Shown piece after piece: positions 7,107 to 16,568 of a stretch of DNA of 24,322 nt (position 1 is its first letter; each line of letters begins with the position of its first letter). The translations under genes and the position numbers were made by a program. The DNA comes from a virus (lineage: Duplodnaviria > Caudoviricetes). The notes below the pieces were generated by a model. That model searched no databases, had not been told where the DNA came from, and saw only the letters and a list, made by a program, of their open reading frames with translations. The stretch lies in IMG/VR virus record IMGVR_UViG_3300011102_000288, positions 1 to 24,322 of that record, one strand, 5' to 3'.

Positions 7107-7563
7107 CTGGCGTGACCTCGCCCACGCCGAGAAGGTGAAAATTGTCCGCGATTTTGCGGAAAAGGGAATCAGTGGGTCGCAGATTGCCGAGAATTTCGTC
7201 GGTGCGACGAGGGCAGCTGTCCTCGGGTTTTGCCGACGCAATGGAATCCGGCTGAAGAGAGTTCCTGTGCATCCATTGGCCCCGGCTGAAAAGCCGAGGC
7301 CAAGGAAAAAGTCAAGGCTTAGGCCAGAACTCAATGCCCTGGCGCTTTTCGTGCCAGAGCAGCCACCCGAAGGCCCAGTATTAGCGTTGGCGAGTGCGTC
7401 TACACCCATGGTCTATATGGCCGCCATAGACACCCGGCGATGCCTCTGGCCACTATGGGATCGCTTTGAGGGGCCATTCGTGTCGCTCTGCTGTGGTGCA
7501 GAGCGAGTGGCTGGCCGGCCCTATTGCGAGGAACATGTGTTGGTTTCCGAGGGCCGGTCATGA
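7090..7563 (+). CDS. gcrA: GcrA-family cell-cycle regulator homologue (start moved to ATG 7090)
   Basis: N-terminal GISGSQIA...TRAAVLGFCRR HTH and C-terminal CLWP...CGA......PYCEEH Cys/His motif characteristic of GcrA; GGAGGA SD upstream. Confidence 0.85.
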   Translation: MGGLPDWRDLAHAEKVKIVRDFAEKGISGSQIAENFVGATRAAVLGFCRRNGIRLKRVPVHPLAPAEKPRPRKKSRLRPELNALALFVPEQPPEGPVLALASASTPMVYMAAIDTRRCLWPLWDRFEGPFVSLCCGAERVAGRPYCEEHVLVSEGRS

Positions 7564-7568
7564 CCTGC

Positions 7569-7799
7569 CTATTTCGTGAACCACGCAACAATCTTGGTGA
7601 TGCTTTCCCCCAGCATCACCACCCCGCCAACCACGCCAATGGCAAAGATGGCGAGCCATTTTGTGACCATTCCGAAGCCAATTATGGCCCTTATGATCGG
7701 GAGACCATTCTTGATCGTCTCCACGTCGTCGCGGGATAAGTTGGCAAGGAGAGACTTTGTCTCAGGGGGCAGTTCGTCAAATCGTTTGCATTCGCTCAC
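7569..7799 (-). CDS. Small membrane protein at the end of the lysis cassette (holin/antiholin-like)
   Basis: C-terminal hydrophobic helix WLAIFAIGVVGGVVML; directly after the spanins; start uncertain (GTG 7799 or 7814). Confidence 0.6.
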   Translation of the reverse strand: MSECKRFDELPPETKSLLANLSRDDVETIKNGLPIIRAIIGFGMVTKWLAIFAIGVVGGVVMLGESITKIVAWFTK

Positions 7800-7804
7800 T
7801 TGCT

Positions 7805-8017
7805 TCACCCACAATAGGCGGCACGACGTGCGTTGTTGGCTCTGACTTCGGAAATTGTCTGCGGACTATCTTGGCTGGCCGAGTATGTGACAGGACGCCA
7901 GATCAGGCAGACATCACTTGCGGTCGCGGTTGTAGGGGTCGTCTTGCACCCCACCAACAGGCTTAGCATCAGCAGCATGCTTGATGCGCTCAAGGTCAGC
8001 TTCGCGCCGTATCGCAT
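7805..8017 (-). CDS. Rz1-like o-spanin lipoprotein
   Basis: Lipobox LVGC after hydrophobic MLLMLSL; Cys-containing mature peptide; overlaps the i-spanin in another frame; start 8017 or 7978. Confidence 0.75.
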   Translation of the reverse strand: MRYGAKLTLSASSMLLMLSLLVGCKTTPTTATASDVCLIWRPVTYSASQDSPQTISEVRANNARRAAYCG

Positions 8018-8141
8018 TTTTGGCCCTTTCATGGTTGATGCCTGCAGACTTGCCTGCCGCATAAATGCGCCAGACACCAATGACTGCCCCACCCAGTGCC
8101 ACCAGGTAGGGCCAGAACGAACCGATGAGTGTCTCAATCAT
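7914..8141 (-). CDS. Rz-like i-spanin
   Basis: N-terminal TM segment, charged helical tail ending DDPYNRD; ATGA coupling to the holin stop. Confidence 0.72.
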   Translation of the reverse strand: MIETLIGSFWPYLVALGGAVIGVWRIYAAGKSAGINHERAKNAIRREADLERIKHAADAKPVGGVQDDPYNRDRK

Positions 8142-8323
8142 GTGCGCCAGCCCCATTTGCGGGCCAGTGCATAGGCCCACTCGGTTGCCACACCAACAGC
8201 GGCAGCGGCCCCGGCGGTTGCGACAGCCACCACGTCAGGATCAGAGGCAAGTTGTGCACCCATTTCATAGCCAATGACAGCCCCAACGCCATAGCGCAGG
8301 GCGATGCGGATAAACGGACCCAT
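8138..8323 (-). CDS. Putative holin (61 aa)
   Basis: MGPFIRIALRYGVGA... two hydrophobic segments and basic C-terminus ARKWGWRT; GAGGAG SD; follows the endolysin. Confidence 0.75.
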   Translation of the reverse strand: MGPFIRIALRYGVGAVIGYEMGAQLASDPDVVAVATAGAAAAVGVATEWAYALARKWGWRT

Positions 8324-8325
8324 GA

Positions 8326-8931
8326 TTATCTCCTCTTGAACAGGCGGAGGATGAACGTGATGATTGTGCGCCAGACGCTCGAATGAGATGGCTTCTGTGG
8401 CGCTGGCTGGTGAGCTGGATTGGGAACCATCGCGCTCGCATCGCGGCGCACGTCCTCGACACGACGACTCCACCCCTTGCCAAAGGTTGGCCACGTCGAG
8501 AGGCCTTTGAGAAAGGCAAGCCGGTCGTCGCACAGGCGCGTAATGAGCTTGGCCGGATCGTGCTTGGCGACGGCCGCGAGCGTCTGCGGCCCGATGACGC
8601 CATCCTGCGCCACGCCAACAATGCGTTGGAGGTACTTGGCGGCGCGGACCGGGCCGCTGTTCACGGCGAAGTCAAACACGGCATAGTCAAGCCCAGCCGG
8701 TAGATCATCGCCGCGCACCTTGGCCCAGTAGCGCGTGCGGTAGATGTGGGCCACCTGCTCGTCGGTGATCCGCTTGAGATCGTCCACGGTCTTGCCCTTG
8801 CCGTAGACCTCGCGGAAAACCGCAATAGTGATGCCCCTATTGGTCGCCCCGCCAGGGTCGGCTACATGATTGACGAACCCGCCCTCGTGTTTCAGGACGA
8901 GCGCGAGCGCCCGCTGAAAGGTGTCTTTCAT
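8326..8931 (-). CDS. Endolysin, glycoside hydrolase family 108 with peptidoglycan-binding domain
   Basis: HEGG...DPGGATNRGIT catalytic motif, FDFAVNSG, DGVIGPQTL, FGKGWSRRV. Confidence 0.93.
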   Translation of the reverse strand: MKDTFQRALALVLKHEGGFVNHVADPGGATNRGITIAVFREVYGKGKTVDDLKRITDEQVAHIYRTRYWAKVRGDDLPAGLDYAVFDFAVNSGPVRAAKYLQRIVGVAQDGVIGPQTLAAVAKHDPAKLITRLCDDRLAFLKGLSTWPTFGKGWSRRVEDVRRDASAMVPNPAHQPAPQKPSHSSVWRTIITFILRLFKRR

Positions 8932-8955
8932 CGGTGGTGGTCCTTTGGTTGTGTG

Positions 8956-10752
8956 CTATGGAGCTTGGATGTCTCGGTCAGTATGGGGAGCTGGCCACAT
9001 CCCTGTCCCTGCAAGGTAGGTTATTTCTGCTGGTGTAGCACCAGGATAAAAGTTACGTGTGTCGATCGAGAAGGTTCGGGCCGCACCGGTGTACACACCT
9101 ACGACCTTTCCTCCATTACCGGTAGCCACAAATCGTGTCAGACCGTCGAAGGTCGAATGGTAACGGATCGGGTACGGTTTGCCGATCACGATGTTGGTTC
9201 CCGAGGGGAACGAACCGTTTATGCGTACCGATACGTGAATGTAAGGACCAAGGTGGCGTAGGGCCATCGGCCACTGACCTGCCATTCCGGTAAATCCAGG
9301 CTCCACTTCCATCTCAATGAAACCGCTGTCGTACTCAGGCGGGGTGTGATCTGCCTCGATCACAAGGAACGAAGGAACACCTCTCTCCTGAAGGTAGGGA
9401 CCAGACGTCGTGTCGGAGGAAGGGACAGCGTAAGTGTTCTTCCACCAGCATTGTGTAGAGCCACCACCGTCTGCAATGTAAGCGATGTGGCACCCTAGGT
9501 GCAACATCAGCTCGCCACATCGGTTAGGGGTAGCCCCGTAGCTGCCAGACACACCTTCCACTAGAGCAATGACGATGTCCCCGTTAGGACGCTTGCCAAT
9601 CACTGTACGGGCGCTCACCACGTTCGACACATTGGTTCCTGTCAAGTCTATGGCCTCGCCGTCCTTTACGCAGAAGCGGCCCCAGCAGACAGACCACAAG
9701 GCCCCATTAGCAACCCACTGAGCCCCAGAGATGCCGTCATCAATATTGGCTTCCATCCAGGTTCCGTCACGCATAACGACAAGTGCCTGGTCACGAGTCT
9801 CGCCTGGGATCCAATCCTGATACAAGACACCATCAGAAATCTGCAAACCATTAGGACGCGCGAGAGGCTTCTCAAAACCAGGCGAACCGTCCGCATTTCG
9901 CCAACCGTCCGCATTGATTGCGATCTGATAGCCGGTATCACGTGCGAACTCACGAGCGGGAATTTTGGTGACAACGCCGTCAGGTGCTACACCAGGGGCG
10001 TACACCTTACGAACGGTATGGGGACGTGGGTTTTTCACAACGATATAATCGTAAACCAGATCGGTGAACGGGGCTTTATATCGAACGTGTGTGATTGATG
10101 CGGTCGAAGAGTTGAATCGGTAGTCATCACCTGCGGCCACCGTGCCCGCGGTCGTGCCGACATCACGCGTGGCGGAGTTGCCAAGGCCGATGTTCTCCCG
10201 CGCCTGCTCCTGCTGTTCAGGCGTCAGGGTTTGCGGTACGTAGCTGACCGGGTATTCCACCCCTGCCGCCGCGGACTCTGCCCGCTCGGCCGCATCTTCT
10301 GCCGCAGCCACGATAGAAGCACTCGCATAATCCGAAAGCAGCCGGTAACTGTCGCCATTATCGAGGAAGAGGTAAATGCCATCGGCGGCTAATGCGCCTG
10401 CAGCAAGCGGATTGCCCGTATTGCTGAGTAGCGGCTTGCCATTGATGGTGACTGGACCGGTGTTAGCTTCCTCGATGACGACGGAGAACACGGCAACGCC
10501 AGGACCAGAAGGCACAGGCAGATTAGCCTCGGCAACGATATTGTTCTCGTCGCCGCCAGTCACTGTCATGCTGATCAGAAGATTCGGCAGCTCAAGCTCG
10601 CCAGCGTCCGCAACAAGAGCAATGAGCGTCTGCCACCATTCGGTGAGCAGCTGACGGATCTCCGGCTTGCGCGGGTTCCAGTTGCCTGACGACGGAATAC
10701 CGGCGGTAACAAAATCGCGGAACACATGATTGGGATCACGGTCTAGGGCCAT
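8956..10752 (-). CDS. Tail fibre/spike with C-terminal phosphodiester glycosidase (NAGPA-type) domain
   Basis: N-terminal anchor (VFRDF...PRKPEIRQLL, NTGPVTING), hinge QTLTPEQQEQARENIG...GTTAGTVAAGDD, then AINADG, NGLQISDG, ARTVIG, LGCHIAYIADGGGST and ERGVPSFL matching NAGPA motifs; start at ATG 10752 with GGAG SD. Confidence 0.82.
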   Translation of the reverse strand: MALDRDPNHVFRDFVTAGIPSSGNWNPRKPEIRQLLTEWWQTLIALVADAGELELPNLLISMTVTGGDENNIVAEANLPVPSGPGVAVFSVVIEEANTGPVTINGKPLLSNTGNPLAAGALAADGIYLFLDNGDSYRLLSDYASASIVAAAEDAAERAESAAAGVEYPVSYVPQTLTPEQQEQARENIGLGNSATRDVGTTAGTVAAGDDYRFNSSTASITHVRYKAPFTDLVYDYIVVKNPRPHTVRKVYAPGVAPDGVVTKIPAREFARDTGYQIAINADGWRNADGSPGFEKPLARPNGLQISDGVLYQDWIPGETRDQALVVMRDGTWMEANIDDGISGAQWVANGALWSVCWGRFCVKDGEAIDLTGTNVSNVVSARTVIGKRPNGDIVIALVEGVSGSYGATPNRCGELMLHLGCHIAYIADGGGSTQCWWKNTYAVPSSDTTSGPYLQERGVPSFLVIEADHTPPEYDSGFIEMEVEPGFTGMAGQWPMALRHLGPYIHVSVRINGSFPSGTNIVIGKPYPIRYHSTFDGLTRFVATGNGGKVVGVYTGAARTFSIDTRNFYPGATPAEITYLAGTGMWPAPHTDRDIQAP

Positions 10753-10819
10753 GTCATTCTCCAAGTGGAAGCGCCCCGCCGAGGCAGGGTGAAAAGCGAT
10801 GAGGAAAAGGGTTCTGAGG

Positions 10820-12610
10820 CTAAGCTGCGGGCGTAGTCGCTACGGTGCTGGCGGACCACTCGCCCAGGCGGCCGCGCTCGGTCTGAAGCGCAAGCTGGAA
10901 TTCGTATTCGGTTTCAGGTGCGAGTTGCGACGTGGTGAAGCTGGTGGCGTCGTTTTCGAGTGGAGCGGATGTCTGCCACTCAGTGTCTGCTGTCTTCTTG
11001 AGCCGCACCCGATAGTTCAGGATGTTGCTCGGACTCGGCGGGAAGGTCAGGTTCGCAACCGGCCCTGCCCCGAAGGCAACAGTCGGCGGTTCTGGCACCG
11101 GGAGCGTGTCATCCACTTCCGTGCGATCGGAGACAGGTGCCGTGCCTTCCTGCGAAGGATCCCACTGGTAGGCTGTCTCGGGCATCGATTGCACCTGCAA
11201 GGTCACGCCCTGCACGATACCACCCTCGCCCAGGATGAAGCGGAAATCCTGCACCTCGAACACACTATTGATGCCGAAGAGCGGGTATTGAATGCGCACG
11301 AAGCGCTCGCCAAAGGCAGCAAGCCCACGCAGGTTGCAGGTAAATGTTCCTACCCATGAGGGATTGGCCCGGAACCATTCGAGCTTCATTAGCCGACGCG
11401 CCTGGCTGTGCGAGGGTGCCATGTTGAACTGCATGTCCTTGGCGATCTCGCCGCGCTCGGACACATCGTCCTCGTCGACCCATGGATCCGCATCTGCAGC
11501 CTGATAGTCCTGATTGGGCTCCATGTAGGTGGCACGGATCGTGTTCGCTGTCGTCATCACGTCCCGGCCACGACCGAGATCGGAGAAGCCAACAATGGCA
11601 TCAGCATCGATGATGACAGATGGCTCCTGCCAATGTCCGATGTCAAGTGTCAGGCCACCGTCAGGCGTCGGCACAATGCGGCCATCACAGCAGGCGAGCA
11701 TGCGACCCAGAACGTCTGCCGGTCGCTCGTCGAGGCGGTATGAGCCCCAGAGGCGGTAGCGCTTTTCTGTGCCACCCGCTTTGATCGGGATGTTCTCATT
11801 TGCGCGGTTGTAAGCAGCGACCCAGCCAGCCTGCGCCAGCGGTGTGGTGAACAGGCTTTCTGGCAAACGCATGCCGTCCTTGTGGGTCATAAAATCGCAG
11901 ATGACTGCGGCTGCGTTGTCACTCCATTCAATCGCGCCAGTCACCGGGTTCTTGACCTTCGATGTGCGAGCAACGACTCGGTAGCTTGTGTTGATGCCGT
12001 TCGGGAACCGCTTCAGATACCATTCCTGTGCAGATGCGAACTGCGTAGCGTAGAGGGACGCCACTCCATTGCCTTTGTGCTCGGAGGTCCATTCAGGGAA
12101 TACGGAAGCCAGATCGCTATAGTACGTTTCCGAGGTCTCTCCTAAGCGGTACTGAATGCGCAAGAGGGAGTCATGGCCGCTTCCAGTCCAAGGCTGCATC
12201 TGCACTCGACCATTGGCGTCGATGGCAGACGTGACTTCCTTGTCGTCAACCCAGACCTCCTCGACAGCATCGAACGGCCCTTCGCCCAAGGCAATGACCT
12301 TGTGGAAGATGCCATCCTTGGCTTCTGCAAAAACCCATGGACCAGACACCTTCACCCGGCCATAGTGGCGGACACGCGGCGCAGTAGGCTGCCGAAAGGA
12401 CTGCTGAACATCTTCGGGTTTGGGTTGCTGCGGGCGGAACAATGCCGACGCAAGCGCCGACAGACCGACTGATAGGCCGATGTTGAGCAACACACCACCA
12501 ATGGCAGTCGCACCGCCAATCGCCAGCCACGCAAGGCCGGTCTGCAGTGCCACACCAATGGCGGACGTCCCTGCAACAGCAGCAATGAGGCCGGAGAGTG
12601 CAACAGGCAT
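10820..12610 (-). CDS. Tail tip/hub protein (gpJ-like) with C-terminal fibronectin type III domain
   Basis: PRVRHYGRVKVSG, EWSDNAA, QARRLMKL motifs; C-terminal LAPETEYEFQL...GEWS FN3 pattern; start moved to ATG 12610 (TGATG coupling). Confidence 0.85.
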   Translation of the reverse strand: MPVALSGLIAAVAGTSAIGVALQTGLAWLAIGGATAIGGVLLNIGLSVGLSALASALFRPQQPKPEDVQQSFRQPTAPRVRHYGRVKVSGPWVFAEAKDGIFHKVIALGEGPFDAVEEVWVDDKEVTSAIDANGRVQMQPWTGSGHDSLLRIQYRLGETSETYYSDLASVFPEWTSEHKGNGVASLYATQFASAQEWYLKRFPNGINTSYRVVARTSKVKNPVTGAIEWSDNAAAVICDFMTHKDGMRLPESLFTTPLAQAGWVAAYNRANENIPIKAGGTEKRYRLWGSYRLDERPADVLGRMLACCDGRIVPTPDGGLTLDIGHWQEPSVIIDADAIVGFSDLGRGRDVMTTANTIRATYMEPNQDYQAADADPWVDEDDVSERGEIAKDMQFNMAPSHSQARRLMKLEWFRANPSWVGTFTCNLRGLAAFGERFVRIQYPLFGINSVFEVQDFRFILGEGGIVQGVTLQVQSMPETAYQWDPSQEGTAPVSDRTEVDDTLPVPEPPTVAFGAGPVANLTFPPSPSNILNYRVRLKKTADTEWQTSAPLENDATSFTTSQLAPETEYEFQLALQTERGRLGEWSASTVATTPAA

Positions 12611-12990
12611 CAGATACTCCAAGCTTTCCAGACAGCGTTGAGAGGAGCGCCTATACATCCGGCTTCGTCGTGCGAGAACCAGATGTCGCCACCATGCACT
12701 GCGACGCAGAGCTTTCCGTTGTGAACGATGAGGCCGACGTCACCAGGTATCGGCTCTTTAGTCTTGTGGAACCCGGCCTTGCGCATGACGCGGTTCACCG
12801 CCACCGCCAGACCGCCAACCTCAGACATAGCTCGCTCTGCCTCTTTGGCCGTCGAGTAGACGCCAATGGCAGGTGTAAGATCGACGCCAGCATGGATCCG
12901 CACCCACCGTGCGGCAGTGGATACGCAATCAGTCTCGCCCCACCGGAAGGGCTTTTCAACCTCAGCGGCAATGAAGTCTTTGACATTCAT
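12610..12990 (-). CDS. NlpC/P60-like (DUF6950-type) tail assembly peptidase
   Basis: PFRWGETDC motif and PGDVGL; position between tail tip genes; start moved to ATG 12990. Confidence 0.8.
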   Translation of the reverse strand: MNVKDFIAAEVEKPFRWGETDCVSTAARWVRIHAGVDLTPAIGVYSTAKEAERAMSEVGGLAVAVNRVMRKAGFHKTKEPIPGDVGLIVHNGKLCVAVHGGDIWFSHDEAGCIGAPLNAVWKAWSI

Positions 12991-12991
12991 A

Positions 12992-13585
12992 CTAGTAATC
13001 CGGGTAGGTAAAGACCTTGTGGAGCAGCGAAGGCGTGAACTGGAAGAACTTGTCTCCGTTGGAGCGAGCTTGCTGATCTCTGTCTGTATAGCGACCATGG
13101 GGTGGTCGCGATCGATTGAAGAACGCATTTTCAGCCGTCATGGAGATTGACTGAATAGCCCCTTCTGTGCCGTTCATTTCCGTGCGACTGATGCGCGGAG
13201 GCTGCATGAAGCCCCAGAAGATCGGAGCAGGCACACCGAGTGGCTGCCATTCTTCATCGAACAACTGGAGCGAGACGATGACGATGCGCTGATCGACTTC
13301 ATTGATGGAGTCGAGTGCCATGGCAAGGAAGTCGAGCGTCTGGCTTGGCAGACCGCTCATCTGGAAGCTTACCGACTCAGATGCGGTTCCTGATGCCATT
13401 CCCAAGCCGTCGATAGAGCCATAGCCATACATCGGCAGGTAGGTGTTGCCACCGGTCTCCAGTGCCGTGTTGCCGTTCCAGACGCGTATGGTCTCGGAGG
13501 CGAAGCGGAACTCAACGAGCAGGTCGAGCCGCACCTGTCGCTTGGCGAACTCGGCAACCTGTTCAGGGGTGAAGAATGCCACCAT
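12992..13585 (-). CDS. Minor tail/baseplate hub protein
   Basis: RVWNG...YLPMYGYGSI, FWGFM, RYTDRDQQAR..GDKFFQF typical of siphovirus hub proteins; start moved to ATG 13585. Confidence 0.8.
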   Translation of the reverse strand: MVAFFTPEQVAEFAKRQVRLDLLVEFRFASETIRVWNGNTALETGGNTYLPMYGYGSIDGLGMASGTASESVSFQMSGLPSQTLDFLAMALDSINEVDQRIVIVSLQLFDEEWQPLGVPAPIFWGFMQPPRISRTEMNGTEGAIQSISMTAENAFFNRSRPPHGRYTDRDQQARSNGDKFFQFTPSLLHKVFTYPDY

Positions 13586-14262
13586 CACACATCCTCGATG
13601 AAATTGACGGATGGAAAGCTCCAGCGACCATAGTCGAGCGCCAGGTCCATTTCGTTGTCGCTGGCGAGGCGCATGCGGCATACAGGGAAGTCAAATTCCA
13701 GCCTCGTCCCGATTGTTGCTGCTTCACGCGCCGGTGGGCGGAAAGTGATGGTCACAGCACCCTCGCCCGTATGCTCGATTGTGCGGATCCGGTAGAGCCG
13801 TTCGCCTATGGAGAAGTGCTGACCAGGCTGGATCTCATGCGCCACGTGGATGGCGATGTTGGCCGTGGTGCCACGCACCGGGATGTTGCTTGCGAGCGTC
13901 ACGTCTATGACACTGCTCTGGTACTCACTTCCATCGCTGAACGGGCTGTCGTCGGAGTGCGGCACCGGATCGTAGAGGCCCTTCCACTCCGGCGCGTAGG
14001 GCTGATAACCTCGGCACATCGGGACAAGGATCGGATGCACGCGGCCTTCCAGCAGAGCGGATATGGCCCGCATGGCTAGGACCGGCTCACGCTTCCTCGT
14101 GTTGATAATCAGGTTGGAATAGGTCGCCTTCCAGATACCGGCGTCAGAAGCCACCACCTGAGCTACCCCGGAGACACTGGACGGGCCAGCAAGCGTGCGC
14201 GGCGCAATCTCGAACGTCACACTCTGCGGCTTCAATACGCCAAGGGGCCACAATGGCGTCAT
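13585..14262 (-). CDS. Distal tail protein-like
   Basis: Directly after the tape measure gene with TGATG coupling; PHSDDSPFSDGSEY, GQHFSIGERLY, FRPPAREA and C-terminal FIED motifs. Confidence 0.8.
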   Translation of the reverse strand: MTPLWPLGVLKPQSVTFEIAPRTLAGPSSVSGVAQVVASDAGIWKATYSNLIINTRKREPVLAMRAISALLEGRVHPILVPMCRGYQPYAPEWKGLYDPVPHSDDSPFSDGSEYQSSVIDVTLASNIPVRGTTANIAIHVAHEIQPGQHFSIGERLYRIRTIEHTGEGAVTITFRPPAREAATIGTRLEFDFPVCRMRLASDNEMDLALDYGRWSFPSVNFIEDV

Positions 14263-16358
14263 CACATCTTCCTCGCTTGAGCATCTGCGATCATGCTTGG
14301 CAAACCCTGGTGGACCTGGCGAACGGCGATGCTGGCTCCAGCCTGTGCTGCCTGCACGCCCATCTGCATGATCTGGCCTTTGATGACACCCCTGTCATCG
14401 ACGAACACACCGGAGACAGACACTTCGATCTGCTGGGGTTGAGCGCCCACTTGTGCACCTCTCGGCAACACGACTTCGCCCTTCTGCAGGATCGCCGGAA
14501 CCTCGCCTGGCTGGAGACCAGCCACGCCGCCCCGGTGATAGCGCTTGGCACCGACGAACACCGAAGGCGACACCGCACGACCGTGGCCATAGCCATCCTT
14601 ACCTGCCACACCGCCACTGTGGAGGATGCCAGGGATAATCAGGCCACCAAGCAGGCCACCGCCGCCACCGACTCCCCTGAAGGCATTCTCGAACAAATTG
14701 TTGAGCGCCATGTCGAGCAGTTTGCTCGCGATCTTGTCGAGTGCATTGGCAAGAGCTTCAGACGCGCTCACCCCGTTCCTTAGATCGGTGATGAAGCCGC
14801 CCAGCACATCCTTGCCCAGCCGCTGCAGGTCTTCCGCCCGCTCACGTGCCTTGTCTTGCGCTTCAGCCAGCCGTGCGGCCTCTGCCGTTGCGGTCGCATA
14901 TGCCCCGGCCAGTTCCTCGATCTGCGCACGAAGCTGCGGAGTGATTTCGATCCCTGCCCGCTTCGCCGCGTTCTCAAGCTCGACTATGGTTGCTGCGCGT
15001 TCCAGGCTGTAACCGTAGTCGTCAACCAGTGGGTTCAGCCCTGCCTGTGCTGCCGTCATCGCCTGCGTCAGTGCGATGCGCTCGCGTAGCTGCTCGATTT
15101 CGCGCTGATAGTCATTCGGTCGGGATGCACCACCGCCGCGCCCGCGACCTCCTCCTCCGCCGCCTCCTCCCCCGCCTGGAGGAGGGGTGAAATCGGTATA
15201 TGGCGAGCGGGTCAAGCTCAACGGTTCCCGGCATATTAGCCGCAGCAGCACGCACTGCCGCGAGGCGGGCCAGCACTTCGTCGAGGCGGGCCAAGGCTTC
15301 GGAATTGTCGAAGCCAAGTTCTGTGTTTTTCTCGATCGTCTGCTGTAGAAGTTCGACTTCGCGCTCTAGCGCCGCGATTTCCTGGTTGGCTTCCTCGGCC
15401 TCCCAGTTGACCAGTTCGCCATCTTTTGTGACACCGAGAAGCTCGTTTAGATCTTTGAAGATTTGGGCATTGCCAGCATCGTTGAGAAAGCGGACCAGCG
15501 CATCGTGTGCATCCGCGATCTTGTCGAGGAAACCAGAAACATCGAAGTTGTTAATTGTCTGGGCGGCCACATTGATGCCATCGGCGAAGCGCCCACTAGC
15601 TCCTGTCGCCCGGTTGAATTCTCGAGCCGTATCGATCAGCGCCGTTTGGAGGTTCCCGAGGGCTTGGTCGACAGTCAGCTGAGCGCCAGCAAGCCGCTGC
15701 TCCAGAATAGGCGCGCCGGCCTCGATTGCCCTGAAGAAGGCTTCGCTGCTTACCTCGCTTCCCGCAACCCAGCCGCAGCCGCCTGCAAGAGCGGATAAAG
15801 TCCGTCCAATAGGCTGCTATACTCCTCTGCCTGAACCTTTCCGCTTGCCAATGCCTGTCCGAGTTGCAGCAGCGCACCACTGGCCGTCTGAGCGTCCGTC
15901 CCGGATATTCGAAGTGACTGCGCGACGCTGTTTGTCAGTCCCAGCAGTTCTTCTGTCGTAACGCCGAGCGTTTGCTGGGCCTGCGCCGCTCGTGAATACA
16001 AGCCGACCAGCGCTTCCAGCGGTGCGGCGTTCGCCATAGCGCTATCTCGAAGGCGACCATAGACGCGGTCCAATTCTGCCCCCGACAAGCCAGCGACCTT
16101 CAGCGCGTTATCAATTTGGGTGGCAGCATCGGAAAGCTGTTTCAGTTCGCGAACGGTGAACCCGGCTGCAAATCCGGCAGCGAGGCTGCGGCCGAGGCCA
16201 GCGAACGATTGCCCAAGCTTCCGGTTCATTTGCGCAAAACGGCTCTCGATCTGGCGCGCGCGCCTATTGGCCGTCGCATTAGCAGCTGCGAGCTGTTTCT
16301 CGAACTGGCGCTGCGTAGCTTCTAGCCTTACAATTAGGCGCTCAACATCCGTAGCCAT
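14262..16358 (-). pseudogene. Tail tape measure protein interrupted by two frameshifts (~15754 and ~15200)
   Basis: Tape-measure N-domain (ASGALLQLGQALASGKVQAEEYSS) stops at TAA 15750; continues in another frame as VSSEAFFRAIEAG...; third piece ends with lambda-type C-terminus HSGGVAG...YHRGG...GEVPAILQKGEVV. Could be real lesions or assembly error. Confidence 0.8.
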
Positions 16359-16379
16359 AGATACCTCGCGGAGGGGAAC

Positions 16380-16568
16380 ATGAATTTCGTGATCATTGTG
16401 CTGGCGCTACTTCAGATTGCGGCTGGCCTACTTGTGGCAGCAGCGTCAGAGTCTGCCATTCATCAGATACTGGCTGCAGTTCTCTTTGGGTTCGGGGTTT
16501 TGACCCTTGCCCTGTTCAAGGTCATCACGACGCTGGAATGGACGGCAACTAAACGCGGAGGTGCCTGA
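16380..16568 (+). CDS. Small two-TM membrane protein (moron)
   Basis: Two hydrophobic helices around SESAIHQI; GGAGGGG SD; opposite strand to the late operon. Confidence 0.75.
   Translation: MNFVIIVLALLQIAAGLLVAAASESAIHQILAAVLFGFGVLTLALFKVITTLEWTATKRGGA

Noticed and set aside
7560-7570. Attachment site or genome end at the arm junction
   Set aside because: Only 5 nt between stops; no integrase, tRNA or att-like repeat visible
9885-9915. 13-nt direct repeat AACCGTCCGCATT spaced 18 nt apart
   Set aside because: Local coding duplication (NADG twice) in the tail fibre; no sign of separate function
15748-15756. AG|GTAAG splice-donor-like sequence at the first tape-measure break
   Set aside because: Prokaryotic phage context; sequence appears to be missing rather than inserted, so no intron
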